A DNA stretch of 64,000 bases. It comes from a phage. Positions 9,208 to 19,184 of this stretch are shown in pieces. The first letter of the stretch is position 1; every line of letters starts with the position of its first letter. The notes beneath the pieces were generated by a model that worked only from the letters and a program-made list of their open reading frames with translations, ran no database searches and was not told the origin of the DNA. Made by a program: the position numbers and the translations under genes. The stretch lies in the sequence record NC_111505.1; one strand, given 5' to 3'.

Positions 9208-11286
9208 TTAAAAAGGTGTTTCATCATCCTCAAAACCAGGGACCTGGTCAGAGGATGGATCATCGTACTGGAGGTCTTCCTGCGTGTCAACAGGCTTAAC
9301 AGTAGGAGTTACAACCTTATCAGCCACAACCTTGCCCATAGGTGTTTCTACAACTGCATGCTCCTGATCCTCAAACATAGCCTGAGGTCTCCAAACAACC
9401 TCCCCACCTTCTCCGTCTGTAAACATTTGCATTTCTTTGTCCCAGTACCAATTACTGGCATCATGGAACTTACCTGTGTGCGGGTCCATAACCAAAGTGT
9501 CAGCAATACCTAGAGTTTTTGCTGGACGGTTTTTAAGACCTACCAGACGGACACGTCCACGAGAACGATCCACCATTTCTTCGGCCTCGACACCTATGAC
9601 TACCCAACTCAACTGTTCAAGCCCCGCCGATCCTCGCAAATTCTCTTTTCGCACAGGATACCAGAAAGGTAACGGGTTACCATCCTTGTCCTTAGGAGGC
9701 ACAATCTCTGTACGTTTGAGGTGAGCGATCACCAAGATAAACACGTTAAACTGCTTACAAAACGCAGCCAGCTGAGTCATAGCCATGTCCAGTTCTTTTC
9801 GCTCATCCTTAACATTAAGCCCTGAAATTACCATGGACAGGTGATCCAGCACAATATAACGGCAATGGTACAGGCAAACCATTTGCTTAAGCTTGGTAAT
9901 CAACTCATCCACCGGAATAGACCCGAAATGTTTGAACACTTTGATTTTTCCAGCTTTTGCCCATGATTGGTGAATCTCTGCGTGTTCTTGATCAGTTAAA
10001 AACTGGCTAGGATCTTCAACAAACTCTTTAACATCAAACCCTAACTGGTTTGCATACAAGGAGTTAATTGCTTCCTCTGGGTCCTCCTCAAGATGGATCA
10101 TACATAGACGATCATCCTCTTCATAGTCATCAGCCTTCGGGCATGTCGGGTCCATTAGGTATCTTGCAATACAGTGTTCCAGTTTTTTAGCTACGGTTGT
10201 TTTACCACCACCTGATGGACCTGTAAGCATTACTAGTGTCCCTTTGTGCAAGCCTTTTAGCATTTTTTGCAGTTTTGGGAACTCTGCGCTGATATCTACC
10301 CCGTTGGAAGTCTTTTTCCGCAAAGACTCGATAGAGAAGTCTTCTAAATCCGACACCGCATCAGGCACATATTTAACAGGATGCCGGAACATGTTGACAA
10401 TATCTTCCAGCTTTTTAGCCTTCAGCATGTCTCGGATATCTTTTACACCGTCAGGGTCATTTACTTCACCAGGGTATTCTACGTGGTAAACGTTATCAGC
10501 CATCAAAAATGCTGCGATATTGTGCGTGGCCTCAACACCTTTAATGACGTGTTTTTGCTTCTCTACCTCGTTAGCTGCATCGTTATCCATTGCCAGCACA
10601 ACTGTTCCATAGCTACGGATAAACTTCTCATTGTTTGCAAAAGTATCTACTGCGTTTGCACATCCACAGTTAATTCCAACAAAAGGTAGGCAGGGTTTTC
10701 CTGCCAGATCACCACCGTTTATAACTGCGTCGATCCCGTCCTGGACCTCTTTAGCCCACTGCTTCACCTTTGCCGGGGCTTTAGCGTTGGTGAGAATCCC
10801 TTTTACCTGTATCTGATATGCAGCCTGCCATGCTGCAATAACATCGCCTTCCCCCTCACAAACGTTAATTTGCTTACGGTTGTTGGAAGATGCACACAGC
10901 TTTTGCCCAAACATCTGGGAGTTGGCCTTTACTATGCCAACAACGGAGAAATGGCCCCTTTGCTCTTTAGGAATCGTCCAGTCACGCTTTTTGAAACCGG
11001 ACAGATTTCCGTAGCGGTCGTAATATGGGAAATATGTTGCAGTGACTGTCACACCGTCTTCTTGGGATAATGCTGATCGCACACCAAAATATTGTGCAGC
11101 CATCAGACCGATATTTTGTTGTGGGACAGGGACAATTTTAGTATTTTCTAAAACAGTCTCTACAGTTTCAACTTCTTTTTCATCACGATAGTCTCGTTTC
11201 ACACTTCCCCCACTTTTATACTTAGTTGCTTTCGGGTTTGGCTCACCGAAACGGTTGTATGCAGATGCCATGAATTTACTTCCCAT
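9208..11286 (-). CDS. DNA primase-helicase (TOPRIM primase + DnaB/gp4-like helicase)
   Basis: TOPRIM VCEGEGD and LAMDNDAAN; Walker A GPSGGGKTT; Walker B-like IVLDHLSM; 692 aa. Confidence 0.7.
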   Translation of the reverse strand: MGSKFMASAYNRFGEPNPKATKYKSGGSVKRDYRDEKEVETVETVLENTKIVPVPQQNIGLMAAQYFGVRSALSQEDGVTVTATYFPYYDRYGNLSGFKKRDWTIPKEQRGHFSVVGIVKANSQMFGQKLCASSNNRKQINVCEGEGDVIAAWQAAYQIQVKGILTNAKAPAKVKQWAKEVQDGIDAVINGGDLAGKPCLPFVGINCGCANAVDTFANNEKFIRSYGTVVLAMDNDAANEVEKQKHVIKGVEATHNIAAFLMADNVYHVEYPGEVNDPDGVKDIRDMLKAKKLEDIVNMFRHPVKYVPDAVSDLEDFSIESLRKKTSNGVDISAEFPKLQKMLKGLHKGTLVMLTGPSGGGKTTVAKKLEHCIARYLMDPTCPKADDYEEDDRLCMIHLEEDPEEAINSLYANQLGFDVKEFVEDPSQFLTDQEHAEIHQSWAKAGKIKVFKHFGSIPVDELITKLKQMVCLYHCRYIVLDHLSMVISGLNVKDERKELDMAMTQLAAFCKQFNVFILVIAHLKRTEIVPPKDKDGNPLPFWYPVRKENLRGSAGLEQLSWVVIGVEAEEMVDRSRGRVRLVGLKNRPAKTLGIADTLVMDPHTGKFHDASNWYWDKEMQMFTDGEGGEVVWRPQAMFEDQEHAVVETPMGKVVADKVVTPTVKPVDTQEDLQYDDPSSDQVPGFEDDETPF

Positions 11287-12040
11287 TAATTCTGCTCCTT
11301 ACTACAGGCTCGTTTGCTAAGAATACAGCTTTTGCCCAGCCACGTGGTGTGAGGCTTCGAATCATCTTCGTTCTTGCACTCTTTCCACCCAGCTTGGTGT
11401 GTTGCATGGAATACCCGCTAACCACGTCAACTATTTGCGGGACAGGTTTTGTGGCGGGAATTATAAATCCATTACCTATCCAGCCGCAAGTTATTTTTGG
11501 ATAGGCATCACGTGGGGCTATAAATTCAGGAAACCATGGGTTTACATCATCTTCTGGTAAATAACCGCCATAATCCGAAGGATGAAAACGATAATCAGGT
11601 TTACGCCACAGTGTGGACATAACCCCTACAGGGTTCTCTACATGCCACGGGCAATCATAAATCTCTCCCAACTCTTCTGCAACCCGAGCATCTTTTACAG
11701 CATTAATTTGGATCAGAGGATCCTTAGCCAGCTTTTTCTTAAAATGTGCAGCGCCTGATACCGCTAAATGCGTGCACGGAGGAAATGCAAGAATAAAGTC
11801 TGGAGCGGGGTACATGCAAAAAGTTTCCTGAGGGAACCATGGATCAATCCAATAATCCACATAGTGAATATTGGGATGATCGGTTATCACCTCTGCATAG
11901 CTACCGTGGTCAGCACCTTCTGCATTAAAGCACAGGCACAGATATCCAGCTTTTGCCCAGTCAATGACTGCACCACCAGACCCGTCAAATAGACTCCACA
12001 CAACACCTTTGTGGTGGTGTTCTTTGTAGATAAATTTCAA
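11276..12040 (-). CDS. putative DNA (cytosine-5) methyltransferase-like protein, small
   Basis: motif I LFDGSGG, motif IV FPPCTH, motif VI HVENPVG in the canonical order; no obvious target-recognition domain; start placed at TTG with AGGAG upstream (track start 12070 is a GTG inside the terminator hairpin). Confidence 0.4.
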   Translation of the reverse strand: MKFIYKEHHHKGVVWSLFDGSGGAVIDWAKAGYLCLCFNAEGADHGSYAEVITDHPNIHYVDYWIDPWFPQETFCMYPAPDFILAFPPCTHLAVSGAAHFKKKLAKDPLIQINAVKDARVAEELGEIYDCPWHVENPVGVMSTLWRKPDYRFHPSDYGGYLPEDDVNPWFPEFIAPRDAYPKITCGWIGNGFIIPATKPVPQIVDVVSGYSMQHTKLGGKSARTKMIRSLTPRGWAKAVFLANEPVVRSRINGK

Positions 12041-12057
12041 TTTGCTGTCTCCTGATG

Positions 12058-12085
12058 CAAAAAGCCCCACCCTTTCGGGCAGGGC
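12058..12085 (-). terminator. rho-independent terminator
   Basis: minus-strand GCCCTGCCC-GAAA-GGGTGGGGC + UUUUUG; near-copy of the 661..682 hairpin. Confidence 0.5.
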
Positions 12086-12091
12086 CTAGTG

Positions 12092-12574
12092 TTAAACCCG
12101 GATACCTATTGTATACTCGGTAGATACCAATGTCAAATCTAAATTTAAAATTTCTTGCATCTCATAATATGCGTCCAGGGTGAGATACATTTCTCCATCC
12201 TTTTCTACATACTTGTCAAGGTGTTTGAGGCACTTTGGATAGCTATCAAGAGCAGCCTTTAGGCACTCAAACTCTGTGCTGTTGATAAATCCTTCCATCT
12301 TGGCTACCCGTTCTGGAGTAACGATAGCGCTGTAGTGAGATTTAGCTTCCTGAATGCAATGGGTCCAAGCATCGACTTTCTCTTCGAAAAGTCCGAAGAA
12401 CTTCTTCTTGGTGAGCTTCAGATTCTTTAAGTGCTTAAGCACTCGGTTGCCGATCACAGACACATCACGAAACTTAAGGATCACTTTGTCAATATCCTCG
12501 CGGCCTATTTTCACAAAGCAAGCCTCACACATTTCAGGAGAGGCATAGCCTACCTTCCACATAAAATCTGACAT
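12092..12574 (-). CDS. hypothetical protein
   Basis: 160-aa ORF. Confidence 0.5.
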   Translation of the reverse strand: MSDFMWKVGYASPEMCEACFVKIGREDIDKVILKFRDVSVIGNRVLKHLKNLKLTKKKFFGLFEEKVDAWTHCIQEAKSHYSAIVTPERVAKMEGFINSTEFECLKAALDSYPKCLKHLDKYVEKDGEMYLTLDAYYEMQEILNLDLTLVSTEYTIGIRV

Positions 12575-12586
12575 AACACTCTCCCC

Positions 12587-12982
12587 TTATTCCTGAAAAG
12601 CAACGATATCATATGCACTTGCAGACGATCCTGGTGAAGCGTGACTCCAGTCTAGGTCATCAGAGTAGTCAGCATACTGTGCACCGCTACGTAGCTTGTA
12701 TTTTACCCACTTACCTGGTACAGGGTTTTCACCACCTTCCCATGCTTCCCAACACTCTGGCAGGCCATCCTGAGAGTAGTCGTCCACCTCACTAATAATC
12801 TTAGGGTTTGGCACCAAGATTCCTGCTGGTTCTTCCTTCTTAGCAAGTGTCCACACAATGTATGTGTCTGAACAGGAGCATGTCAATAAAGTATACCCGC
12901 TATTCAGAACTTCTGCAAGCTCTTTTTCAGCATCTTCCAATTTGGTTAAGTGGTATTGGATAATCTTCACATCCGTAATCAT
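12587..12982 (-). CDS. hypothetical protein
   Basis: 131-aa ORF. Confidence 0.5.
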   Translation of the reverse strand: MITDVKIIQYHLTKLEDAEKELAEVLNSGYTLLTCSCSDTYIVWTLAKKEEPAGILVPNPKIISEVDDYSQDGLPECWEAWEGGENPVPGKWVKYKLRSGAQYADYSDDLDWSHASPGSSASAYDIVAFQE

Positions 12983-13284
12983 TAGAATCCTCCTACTTCT
13001 TCAGCAAATGCTGCTGCTGTTGTCGCTGCATCCAGATATGATTCTAGTTCACGGGCTGCACGTTTGTAAATAGAGTGTCGCAGATCGTTCGGGAGTTGGT
13101 GAAAGTCCACCTCTTCTCCGTTGTGATAAACATGTAAATCGGTAATCTGTCTAAATCCATAATAATCAACATCAGAATCGCGGCACTCCGGATCTGGCAA
13201 CTGGACAACTGCCTGAGCTTCTACAGTGAGCATATCGTCAAGTTCGAAATCGATTTCAAAAGTGTATGGTTTGTAACGCTTCAT
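12982..13284 (-). CDS. hypothetical protein
   Basis: 100-aa ORF, 1-nt stop/start overlap with the next gene. Confidence 0.45.
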   Translation of the reverse strand: MKRYKPYTFEIDFELDDMLTVEAQAVVQLPDPECRDSDVDYYGFRQITDLHVYHNGEEVDFHQLPNDLRHSIYKRAARELESYLDAATTAAAFAEEVGGF

Positions 13285-13344
13285 CGTTTGGTGCTCTCCT
13301 CAGTTTTGTGGGGAGGAGTTCCTCCCCTTTATGCTCACATCTTA

Positions 13345-13683
13345 CTACTGAAGGTCTTCAGAGTCAAGCTCAAAAAGAATCAAACTGTGCATGTTTGCAG
13401 AGAGCTCAACACACTCCGCAACGACAAGGGTCTGATAGTAAGGTTCAGCACCCTCGATGTCTTCGTTAAAATCCACAACAAGGTAGTCACCTTTGTTAAA
13501 GGTGTATTTGTCAGATGTAAACGCAAACCCTGCCCAGTCCCCTACAGGGTCTTTATCGATCACCTTTGTTAGCAGGAGGTCTTTTTCACGAGATCTTTTA
13601 GTAAAATCGTGAATCACAACAGCCTTCTCTTCAGGATTTGGATTTCCACACACGTAGTTAACTATATTTCTCCACAAACTCAT
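13345..13683 (-). CDS. hypothetical protein
   Basis: 112-aa ORF overlapping the helicase stop by 4 nt. Confidence 0.45.
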   Translation of the reverse strand: MSLWRNIVNYVCGNPNPEEKAVVIHDFTKRSREKDLLLTKVIDKDPVGDWAGFAFTSDKYTFNKGDYLVVDFNEDIEGAEPYYQTLVVAECVELSANMHSLILFELDSEDLQ

Positions 13684-15050
13684 ACGTCCCCCTTTTCTGC
13701 TCTAGTTTCAAAATCTTTCCTGACTTTCTCGTCTAAGCCAGGGAAAGTTGTATTATAAAACTCTACGACTCGCGGGTCAACAATAATATCCACCTCTCTT
13801 AATGGACGCAACAAGTTTATTCCCTGTATCGTCTTAACCCGACTCAAGGCAACATACGTCATTCCTGGAGAGAAAGCTCCGTTCTTTCCAAGGTCCAGGT
13901 TGTAACAATCTAGCGTAAGTCCTTGACTTTTATGCGATGTTACTGCGTACCCCGATTTCAAAGGGAGTTGCTCATAAGACCCGATCACAACCCTCTCTAT
14001 GAACTTCTCCATCTTCCTTTCGGCAATATTGTACCTCTGGGAAGGTTTGTACTCGTTATTCTCCCACAATCTCGGCTCAATTTCAACCTGTGTCCCGTCT
14101 TCTAGCTCAACTACCACGGATTTAGTCTTGAATTTTACCACTGTGGCACGTGTCCCGTTGACATAATACGGAACTTTGTGAGTAGGGTCAACATCGTTTG
14201 AGGTTATCATAACCTTCATCCCTATCTTCAGCCTCATTTCCTGCTCCACAGGCAGTGTGGAAGGGAACTTACCCTTCATTTTACCAATGTAGGTCTTCTC
14301 TGGGGCCTGGATGGCATCATAGAAACGTCTGTTCACCTCCTCTGCTTGCTTATTGGTGGCGCAGATAGTCAAGGCATCTGTTGGGACACCGCCATGATAG
14401 CAACGAGTGTTAAGCTCTGCTACAACCTCTTTTATGCGACGACCTTCACGAACACAGTTCAACATTGTGGCGAAGCGAACAGATTCCTGACGGAACTGGT
14501 CTACTAAGGCTATATTGTGAAGATTAAGATCCTCCCAAGATTCTGTATAGCAACACAAATCTGTGTGGTAGAAGTTGAAGTAGGCTTCTTTCTCCATGGA
14601 AGAGACAACTGGAGGTGCTTGGTAGAAATCTCCAAACAATAACACCTGAATGCCTCCGAAAGGTTTGTCATTTTTCCGAAGAAAGCGGAGTTTTCTGTCC
14701 ATCTCTATGAACTTGTCAGCACGGATCATAGAGATTTCATCGATAATTAGGATGGTAAATGCCTTGCTTTTCAGAGGCTTTGCTGTTTTTGCCCTTATTG
14801 CTGTCCAGTCTGACTCCATGCTCACACCTGCGGCAAGATCGAAAGTTCGGTGTGCTGTTGCTCCATTAACGTTTAAAGCGGCTACCCCTGTCGGGGCAAC
14901 CGTTATGCAAGAGTCTCCATACATGGACTGGATCATGTTGATAAGATATGTCTTCCCGGTTCCACCAGGTCCACTTACGAAGACATTCTCACCACTCATG
15001 ATTGCAACAAGGGCAGCATCTGTGCCTACATCGTACTGCCCTTTCTCCAT
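13680..15050 (-). CDS. SF1 DNA helicase, Dda/RecD/Pif1-like
   Basis: Walker A VSGPGGTGKTY; ITVAPTGVAA; Walker B IIDEISMI; C-terminal TYVALSRVK motif. Confidence 0.75.
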   Translation of the reverse strand: MEKGQYDVGTDAALVAIMSGENVFVSGPGGTGKTYLINMIQSMYGDSCITVAPTGVAALNVNGATAHRTFDLAAGVSMESDWTAIRAKTAKPLKSKAFTILIIDEISMIRADKFIEMDRKLRFLRKNDKPFGGIQVLLFGDFYQAPPVVSSMEKEAYFNFYHTDLCCYTESWEDLNLHNIALVDQFRQESVRFATMLNCVREGRRIKEVVAELNTRCYHGGVPTDALTICATNKQAEEVNRRFYDAIQAPEKTYIGKMKGKFPSTLPVEQEMRLKIGMKVMITSNDVDPTHKVPYYVNGTRATVVKFKTKSVVVELEDGTQVEIEPRLWENNEYKPSQRYNIAERKMEKFIERVVIGSYEQLPLKSGYAVTSHKSQGLTLDCYNLDLGKNGAFSPGMTYVALSRVKTIQGINLLRPLREVDIIVDPRVVEFYNTTFPGLDEKVRKDFETRAEKGDV

Positions 15051-16255
15051 TACGCCTCCTCGTAGATAATGTCGATAGTGTTGCCGTCGCGGTCAACCAC
15101 GTACTCGATTGGGTCCCCATCTTTGCGCGATTCTGGAGCTACTACGATTTCGTAGCGGCATGCACGGCACTTAGCGCTGTTGTGTTGGTAAGGTACACTG
15201 ACTACATCAGCAGGGTCAACCATAACCGTCATCACAGTGCCGTAGCTCTTTGCATACTCTTTGCTGGCACAGTGCAGGCCATAAGAGCATGCAGCTTCCG
15301 GATCATCCTCTACAAAGTTACGAGGCATGGATACAAAAGCGCCCTGGTATTGTGGGACTTTACCACTGTGCCAATCCACCCACTTGTCGCCGTTAAACTG
15401 AACCCCTTTGTAGCAAATGATTCGACCATCTTCTGCAATCTGAATGTCATTTGCCTGCATAAAGTCGTAGAGCATGTTTACAGATTTTGCAGACGGATTG
15501 CGTAACAGGCGAACTAGGAATTTCACATAGCGGTCATCCAGTGTTCCATCTGCATAATCTTTCTCAATTTTCTTTGCAATAGTAGATCGCATCTCCACAC
15601 CGTAGTAGTAGAGCTTACCATCTTTCATGATCAGGTTGTCTGCCAGTGTAGTGAACTCATTCTTGCGTTCCAGCCAGACAAGGATTTCACCAATTGCCTC
15701 GTCATATTCCTGAACAGAGATATGGTCGAAGACTTTCTGGTAAACTTCCTCACTTTCGCTGCGGCGAATTTCAAAAATACCTTCGTTGCAAGTGATCTGC
15801 AAGAGTTCCCCACAAATAACTACCAGAGGCTCGATGCTTCGAGTCTGTTGCTGAGACACACTGCTCACCACCTCCAGAACCGGATCTTTGACTTCTACCG
15901 AAGGCTCTTCTGACTTGATTGCTACTCCAGTGAACCCCACACCGTGAACAACGCACAGCGGGTATACCACTCCCCAGCGTTTAAAGGACTCCTCCCCTAA
16001 ATCCAAGATCATGGCGTACTTGCCGTTGTCTTCCAGCCCATATCGGAATAAACGGGCCTCTTCGCGGGTTTCAAAATCCTCACGGGTGTAACAAACGCTG
16101 TCACGGTCAGGGTCGAACACCTCTGGGGCACCTACTGCCAGTGTCCAGGTTGTGTTACCTTTCTCAATGGCGCATGTGAAACCCTTCTTCTCAAGTTCTG
16201 CACGGCGGTCTCGTGCTTCTTTACGGGTTTTGAAATGTTCGTAGATGAAAATCAT
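15050..16255 (-). CDS. hypothetical protein (401 aa)
   Basis: no motif recognised; sits between the helicase and the GHKL ATPase. Confidence 0.5.
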   Translation of the reverse strand: MIFIYEHFKTRKEARDRRAELEKKGFTCAIEKGNTTWTLAVGAPEVFDPDRDSVCYTREDFETREEARLFRYGLEDNGKYAMILDLGEESFKRWGVVYPLCVVHGVGFTGVAIKSEEPSVEVKDPVLEVVSSVSQQQTRSIEPLVVICGELLQITCNEGIFEIRRSESEEVYQKVFDHISVQEYDEAIGEILVWLERKNEFTTLADNLIMKDGKLYYYGVEMRSTIAKKIEKDYADGTLDDRYVKFLVRLLRNPSAKSVNMLYDFMQANDIQIAEDGRIICYKGVQFNGDKWVDWHSGKVPQYQGAFVSMPRNFVEDDPEAACSYGLHCASKEYAKSYGTVMTVMVDPADVVSVPYQHNSAKCRACRYEIVVAPESRKDGDPIEYVVDRDGNTIDIIYEEA

Positions 16256-16265
16256 CTTGGTCTCC

Positions 16266-18248
16266 TTATTTGATGTTATTCTTTGTATCGATCAGTTCAC
16301 GGTATTCAATCATAGCAGGGGTGTCCCAATATTTCAAGCCTACATGCTTTAAAAGTGGATATTTCTTTTCCAATCTCGCAATATAGGCCTTCCCGCACTT
16401 AACTCGGTTGGCGATTAAGACTTTGGCACGATGATTCAGCTCACCGTACTTCCACGTGGTGCTACCTTCCCACTTGTGGAAATGTGGCCGATAATTTCCA
16501 AAATCCTGCATGGGTATAATTTTACCTAACTGTCTGTACAGGCTGTCATATGAAGTTTCATTTGCTGCGCGAGTCAGTAAGAATTTCCAAGCATCCTCTT
16601 TCAACAAATGTTCCACATTCTTCTCTGTAACATATTGGCAATCAGGATCAGTCCAAAGCAGACGAGATTCCGACACCAGGTACAGATCTTCCCCTTCAGG
16701 AATCTGGAGTGCCGCACGCACACGGTCATAATCTTGCTGGTAGATGTTACTCATCTGCCCTAGCCAACAACTTCCGCGTTGGATATCCCCCTCATACGGT
16801 ATGCAGTGCTTAATCTTCCTGAACTCTGCCTTAGTAATACGCTCACGCCGGAAGTAACCATCCTTCTCAAGTTTTTTAACCCAATAACCGGGCTCATAAC
16901 GAGTTTTTGTTTCACCTTTCTTCACAGGTCGGCGAGGAAGCTCTGATAACAATTTGACCGTATCTGCAAAGAACGGATGGTGTGCCACTTCTTTAAACTC
17001 TTTTACCAGATCCGTGTTCCGGCAATAGAAAACGTTGCGTCCGGTGATCTCGCTTAAGTAGTTACACTTATTTCGGTTATATTTACCGTCTCCGTCGTTA
17101 AATACTAGATAGACTCCTCGTAAGAATTCTACCTTTCCGTAACAAGCGTATCCTATGCGGCTTTTATTTAAGCCGCCTGCGAAGATCTCACAGTCCCCTA
17201 AATTCCCTAGTCCTGTTTCTTCCCACCGGTCATACATAAAATTCTTACCGAAGATGTGCCCGAACACTCCACTGTTCTTCATCATCTCGCGTGCTTCTGA
17301 GGATGTTTTTGCTGTCTCCAGTTCCGCAACAACTTCTGCTCCACGAAGACGGATACCTTCTTTGACAAAAGCTTCCAAACGCTCTTGGAATCCACCATCA
17401 TCGTGACCTTCTATGGTCCATTCACGTCCTGGGTTAATATTGCAGTCTCCGATAGGGATCTCTACACAAATTGCAGGATAATCTGTTAGTGTTTCCAGGA
17501 ACTTAGAACGGTAAGGTTGGTGACCCATTACCACACGACTCTCGTCAGAGCTGGTATAGCCCTTCAGGATGGTCATCTTCCAACCATCTTTTTCATAATA
17601 ATACTGCGCCTCTACTTTGTCTCCCTCCAGCATCTTGCTCGTCATCGGATCGGTGACAGTGAACGGAAATTTTGCATAGCGTAGACATGATGCAATAGCG
17701 GTGCGATATTTCAGAACATGCTCTTTCTTAACATGAAACTGAACTTTTACTCCATTGTGCTCTTCAGTCTTCCGCTCACGGATCTTGGTGACATTTGGGA
17801 TACCCTGGTCCAAGAACAATAGGTATGTGCTTTCCACACCATTGTGCACACTGATTACATCGAAAGTGTCCACCATGCTGAACGGGGCCTTTGAACCAAC
17901 ACCTTTATTGCCTACCAGATCGTTGCTGTTGCGCTTGGTTGACTCGCCGAGGTTCATGAAAGTGTTGCGGACCATCTCTTCTGACATACCGAGGCCAACG
18001 TCCTGCACAAAGAAGTATGGTTCAAGATCTGTAGGGGAGTGAATGATGATCGGAACATCACCACGTCCAGACTCAACATGAGAGTCCACAGCATTGAAGA
18101 TTGGTTCACGGCAGCTTGCCAGCACCTTATCTTCATAAATCCCTTTAATGATTAACCCAAAAGTTTCTTTGTTCAGAGAAATTGATCCCCTTGTTACCTC
18201 CAAATTCCCAGTTAGCACTGCTTTAGTTTCATTACTGTTTACAATCAT
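16266..18248 (-). CDS. GHKL-superfamily ATPase domain protein (MORC/Hsp90-like N-terminus) with uncharacterised C-terminal region
   Basis: N-box EPIFNAVDS; G1 box VQDVGLGM; G2 box GNKGVGSKAPF, in canonical order; about 450 aa of C-terminal sequence unassigned. Confidence 0.6.
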   Translation of the reverse strand: MIVNSNETKAVLTGNLEVTRGSISLNKETFGLIIKGIYEDKVLASCREPIFNAVDSHVESGRGDVPIIIHSPTDLEPYFFVQDVGLGMSEEMVRNTFMNLGESTKRNSNDLVGNKGVGSKAPFSMVDTFDVISVHNGVESTYLLFLDQGIPNVTKIRERKTEEHNGVKVQFHVKKEHVLKYRTAIASCLRYAKFPFTVTDPMTSKMLEGDKVEAQYYYEKDGWKMTILKGYTSSDESRVVMGHQPYRSKFLETLTDYPAICVEIPIGDCNINPGREWTIEGHDDGGFQERLEAFVKEGIRLRGAEVVAELETAKTSSEAREMMKNSGVFGHIFGKNFMYDRWEETGLGNLGDCEIFAGGLNKSRIGYACYGKVEFLRGVYLVFNDGDGKYNRNKCNYLSEITGRNVFYCRNTDLVKEFKEVAHHPFFADTVKLLSELPRRPVKKGETKTRYEPGYWVKKLEKDGYFRRERITKAEFRKIKHCIPYEGDIQRGSCWLGQMSNIYQQDYDRVRAALQIPEGEDLYLVSESRLLWTDPDCQYVTEKNVEHLLKEDAWKFLLTRAANETSYDSLYRQLGKIIPMQDFGNYRPHFHKWEGSTTWKYGELNHRAKVLIANRVKCGKAYIARLEKKYPLLKHVGLKYWDTPAMIEYRELIDTKNNIK

Positions 18249-18745
18249 TTATTGCGCTCCTTGTAGTAGATATGACTCCCGAATTGAGCTGTCCTCTGCA
18301 TCTTTTTTGCCCATTTCGGTCGTACTTTTGTTGTATGATAGTGTGTTGCTCCACCTGTTATATCCATAGCCATGTATGCAACATGGTTGTTATTATAGAC
18401 CTTTAGAAGCATCTTTGCAAGACTTTTAGCGTGATCCCATGAATCTTTTTCTGTCACCTTAAAAGTTTTGCCGTGGTTTGTCCACGAAAACTGGTTAGGT
18501 TGGTAGACAATCTTTCTTATAGTGTCTGGGTACTTAGGGTGAGATTTCCTGTTTAGTGTGGCAAACCCAGATGCCAACATACCCATCGTGCCATCTCCTC
18601 TGGCTTCCCTGTAGATATTGCATGCCAGAATGTTCTCCTTAGTATCCGATGGCTTGCAGGTGTGATATACTTTTTGTTTTGGTGCTGCAACAACAGGCAG
18701 CGATAAAAATGCGCTCAAAATAATAGCAAAGATTTTAATTTTCAC
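18245..18745 (-). CDS. secreted cell wall hydrolase, SleB/CwlJ-like; candidate endolysin
   Basis: N-terminal signal-like MKIKIFAIILSAFLSLPVVAAP; NIYREARGDG...GFATLNRK...YPDTIRKIVYQPNQFSW matches the Hydrolase_2 signature. Confidence 0.6.
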   Translation of the reverse strand: MKIKIFAIILSAFLSLPVVAAPKQKVYHTCKPSDTKENILACNIYREARGDGTMGMLASGFATLNRKSHPKYPDTIRKIVYQPNQFSWTNHGKTFKVTEKDSWDHAKSLAKMLLKVYNNNHVAYMAMDITGGATHYHTTKVRPKWAKKMQRTAQFGSHIYYKERNK

Positions 18746-18763
18746 AATAACTCCAAATAGAAA

Positions 18764-18782
18764 ATCCCCGCCGAAGCGGGGG
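18764..18782 (-). terminator. rho-independent terminator
   Basis: CCCCGC-CGAA-GCGGGG hairpin, followed on minus strand by AUUUUCUAUUU. Confidence 0.5.
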
Positions 18783-18794
18783 TGGTCTTAGAAA

Positions 18795-19175
18795 TTAGTC
18801 GTAGTGTGCCAAAATCTCTCCATCGTTGCAAGTTCCCTCTACGAAGTTGTGAAGATTCATGCACTCGTCTTGGTAGAAGAATTTACCGCTTTTCAGCCGT
18901 AGACCAAACAACTCCGCATCTCCACGATGGCAAGCCTCTACAAGTTCATAGATTTCATACGGTAACTCTCCATCGTCATGGAAGAACCCCGCTTTATCGT
19001 TGACATAGATGAAGAAATAGTCACTGCTGTCGCAAGCGTCTAATATTTTAAACCAGATTTCATCTACATCTTTTTCTCTGATATCGATCACGCAAGTGGA
19101 GCTGCATTCGTACTCCTTCTCCGGCTCCTCGGTCAATACCACCAGGTAGTTTCCCCGCTTACCTACTTTAGCCAT
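18795..19175 (-). CDS. hypothetical protein
   Basis: 126-aa ORF. Confidence 0.5.
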   Translation of the reverse strand: MAKVGKRGNYLVVLTEEPEKEYECSSTCVIDIREKDVDEIWFKILDACDSSDYFFIYVNDKAGFFHDDGELPYEIYELVEACHRGDAELFGLRLKSGKFFYQDECMNLHNFVEGTCNDGEILAHYD

Positions 19176-19184
19176 ACAACCTCC

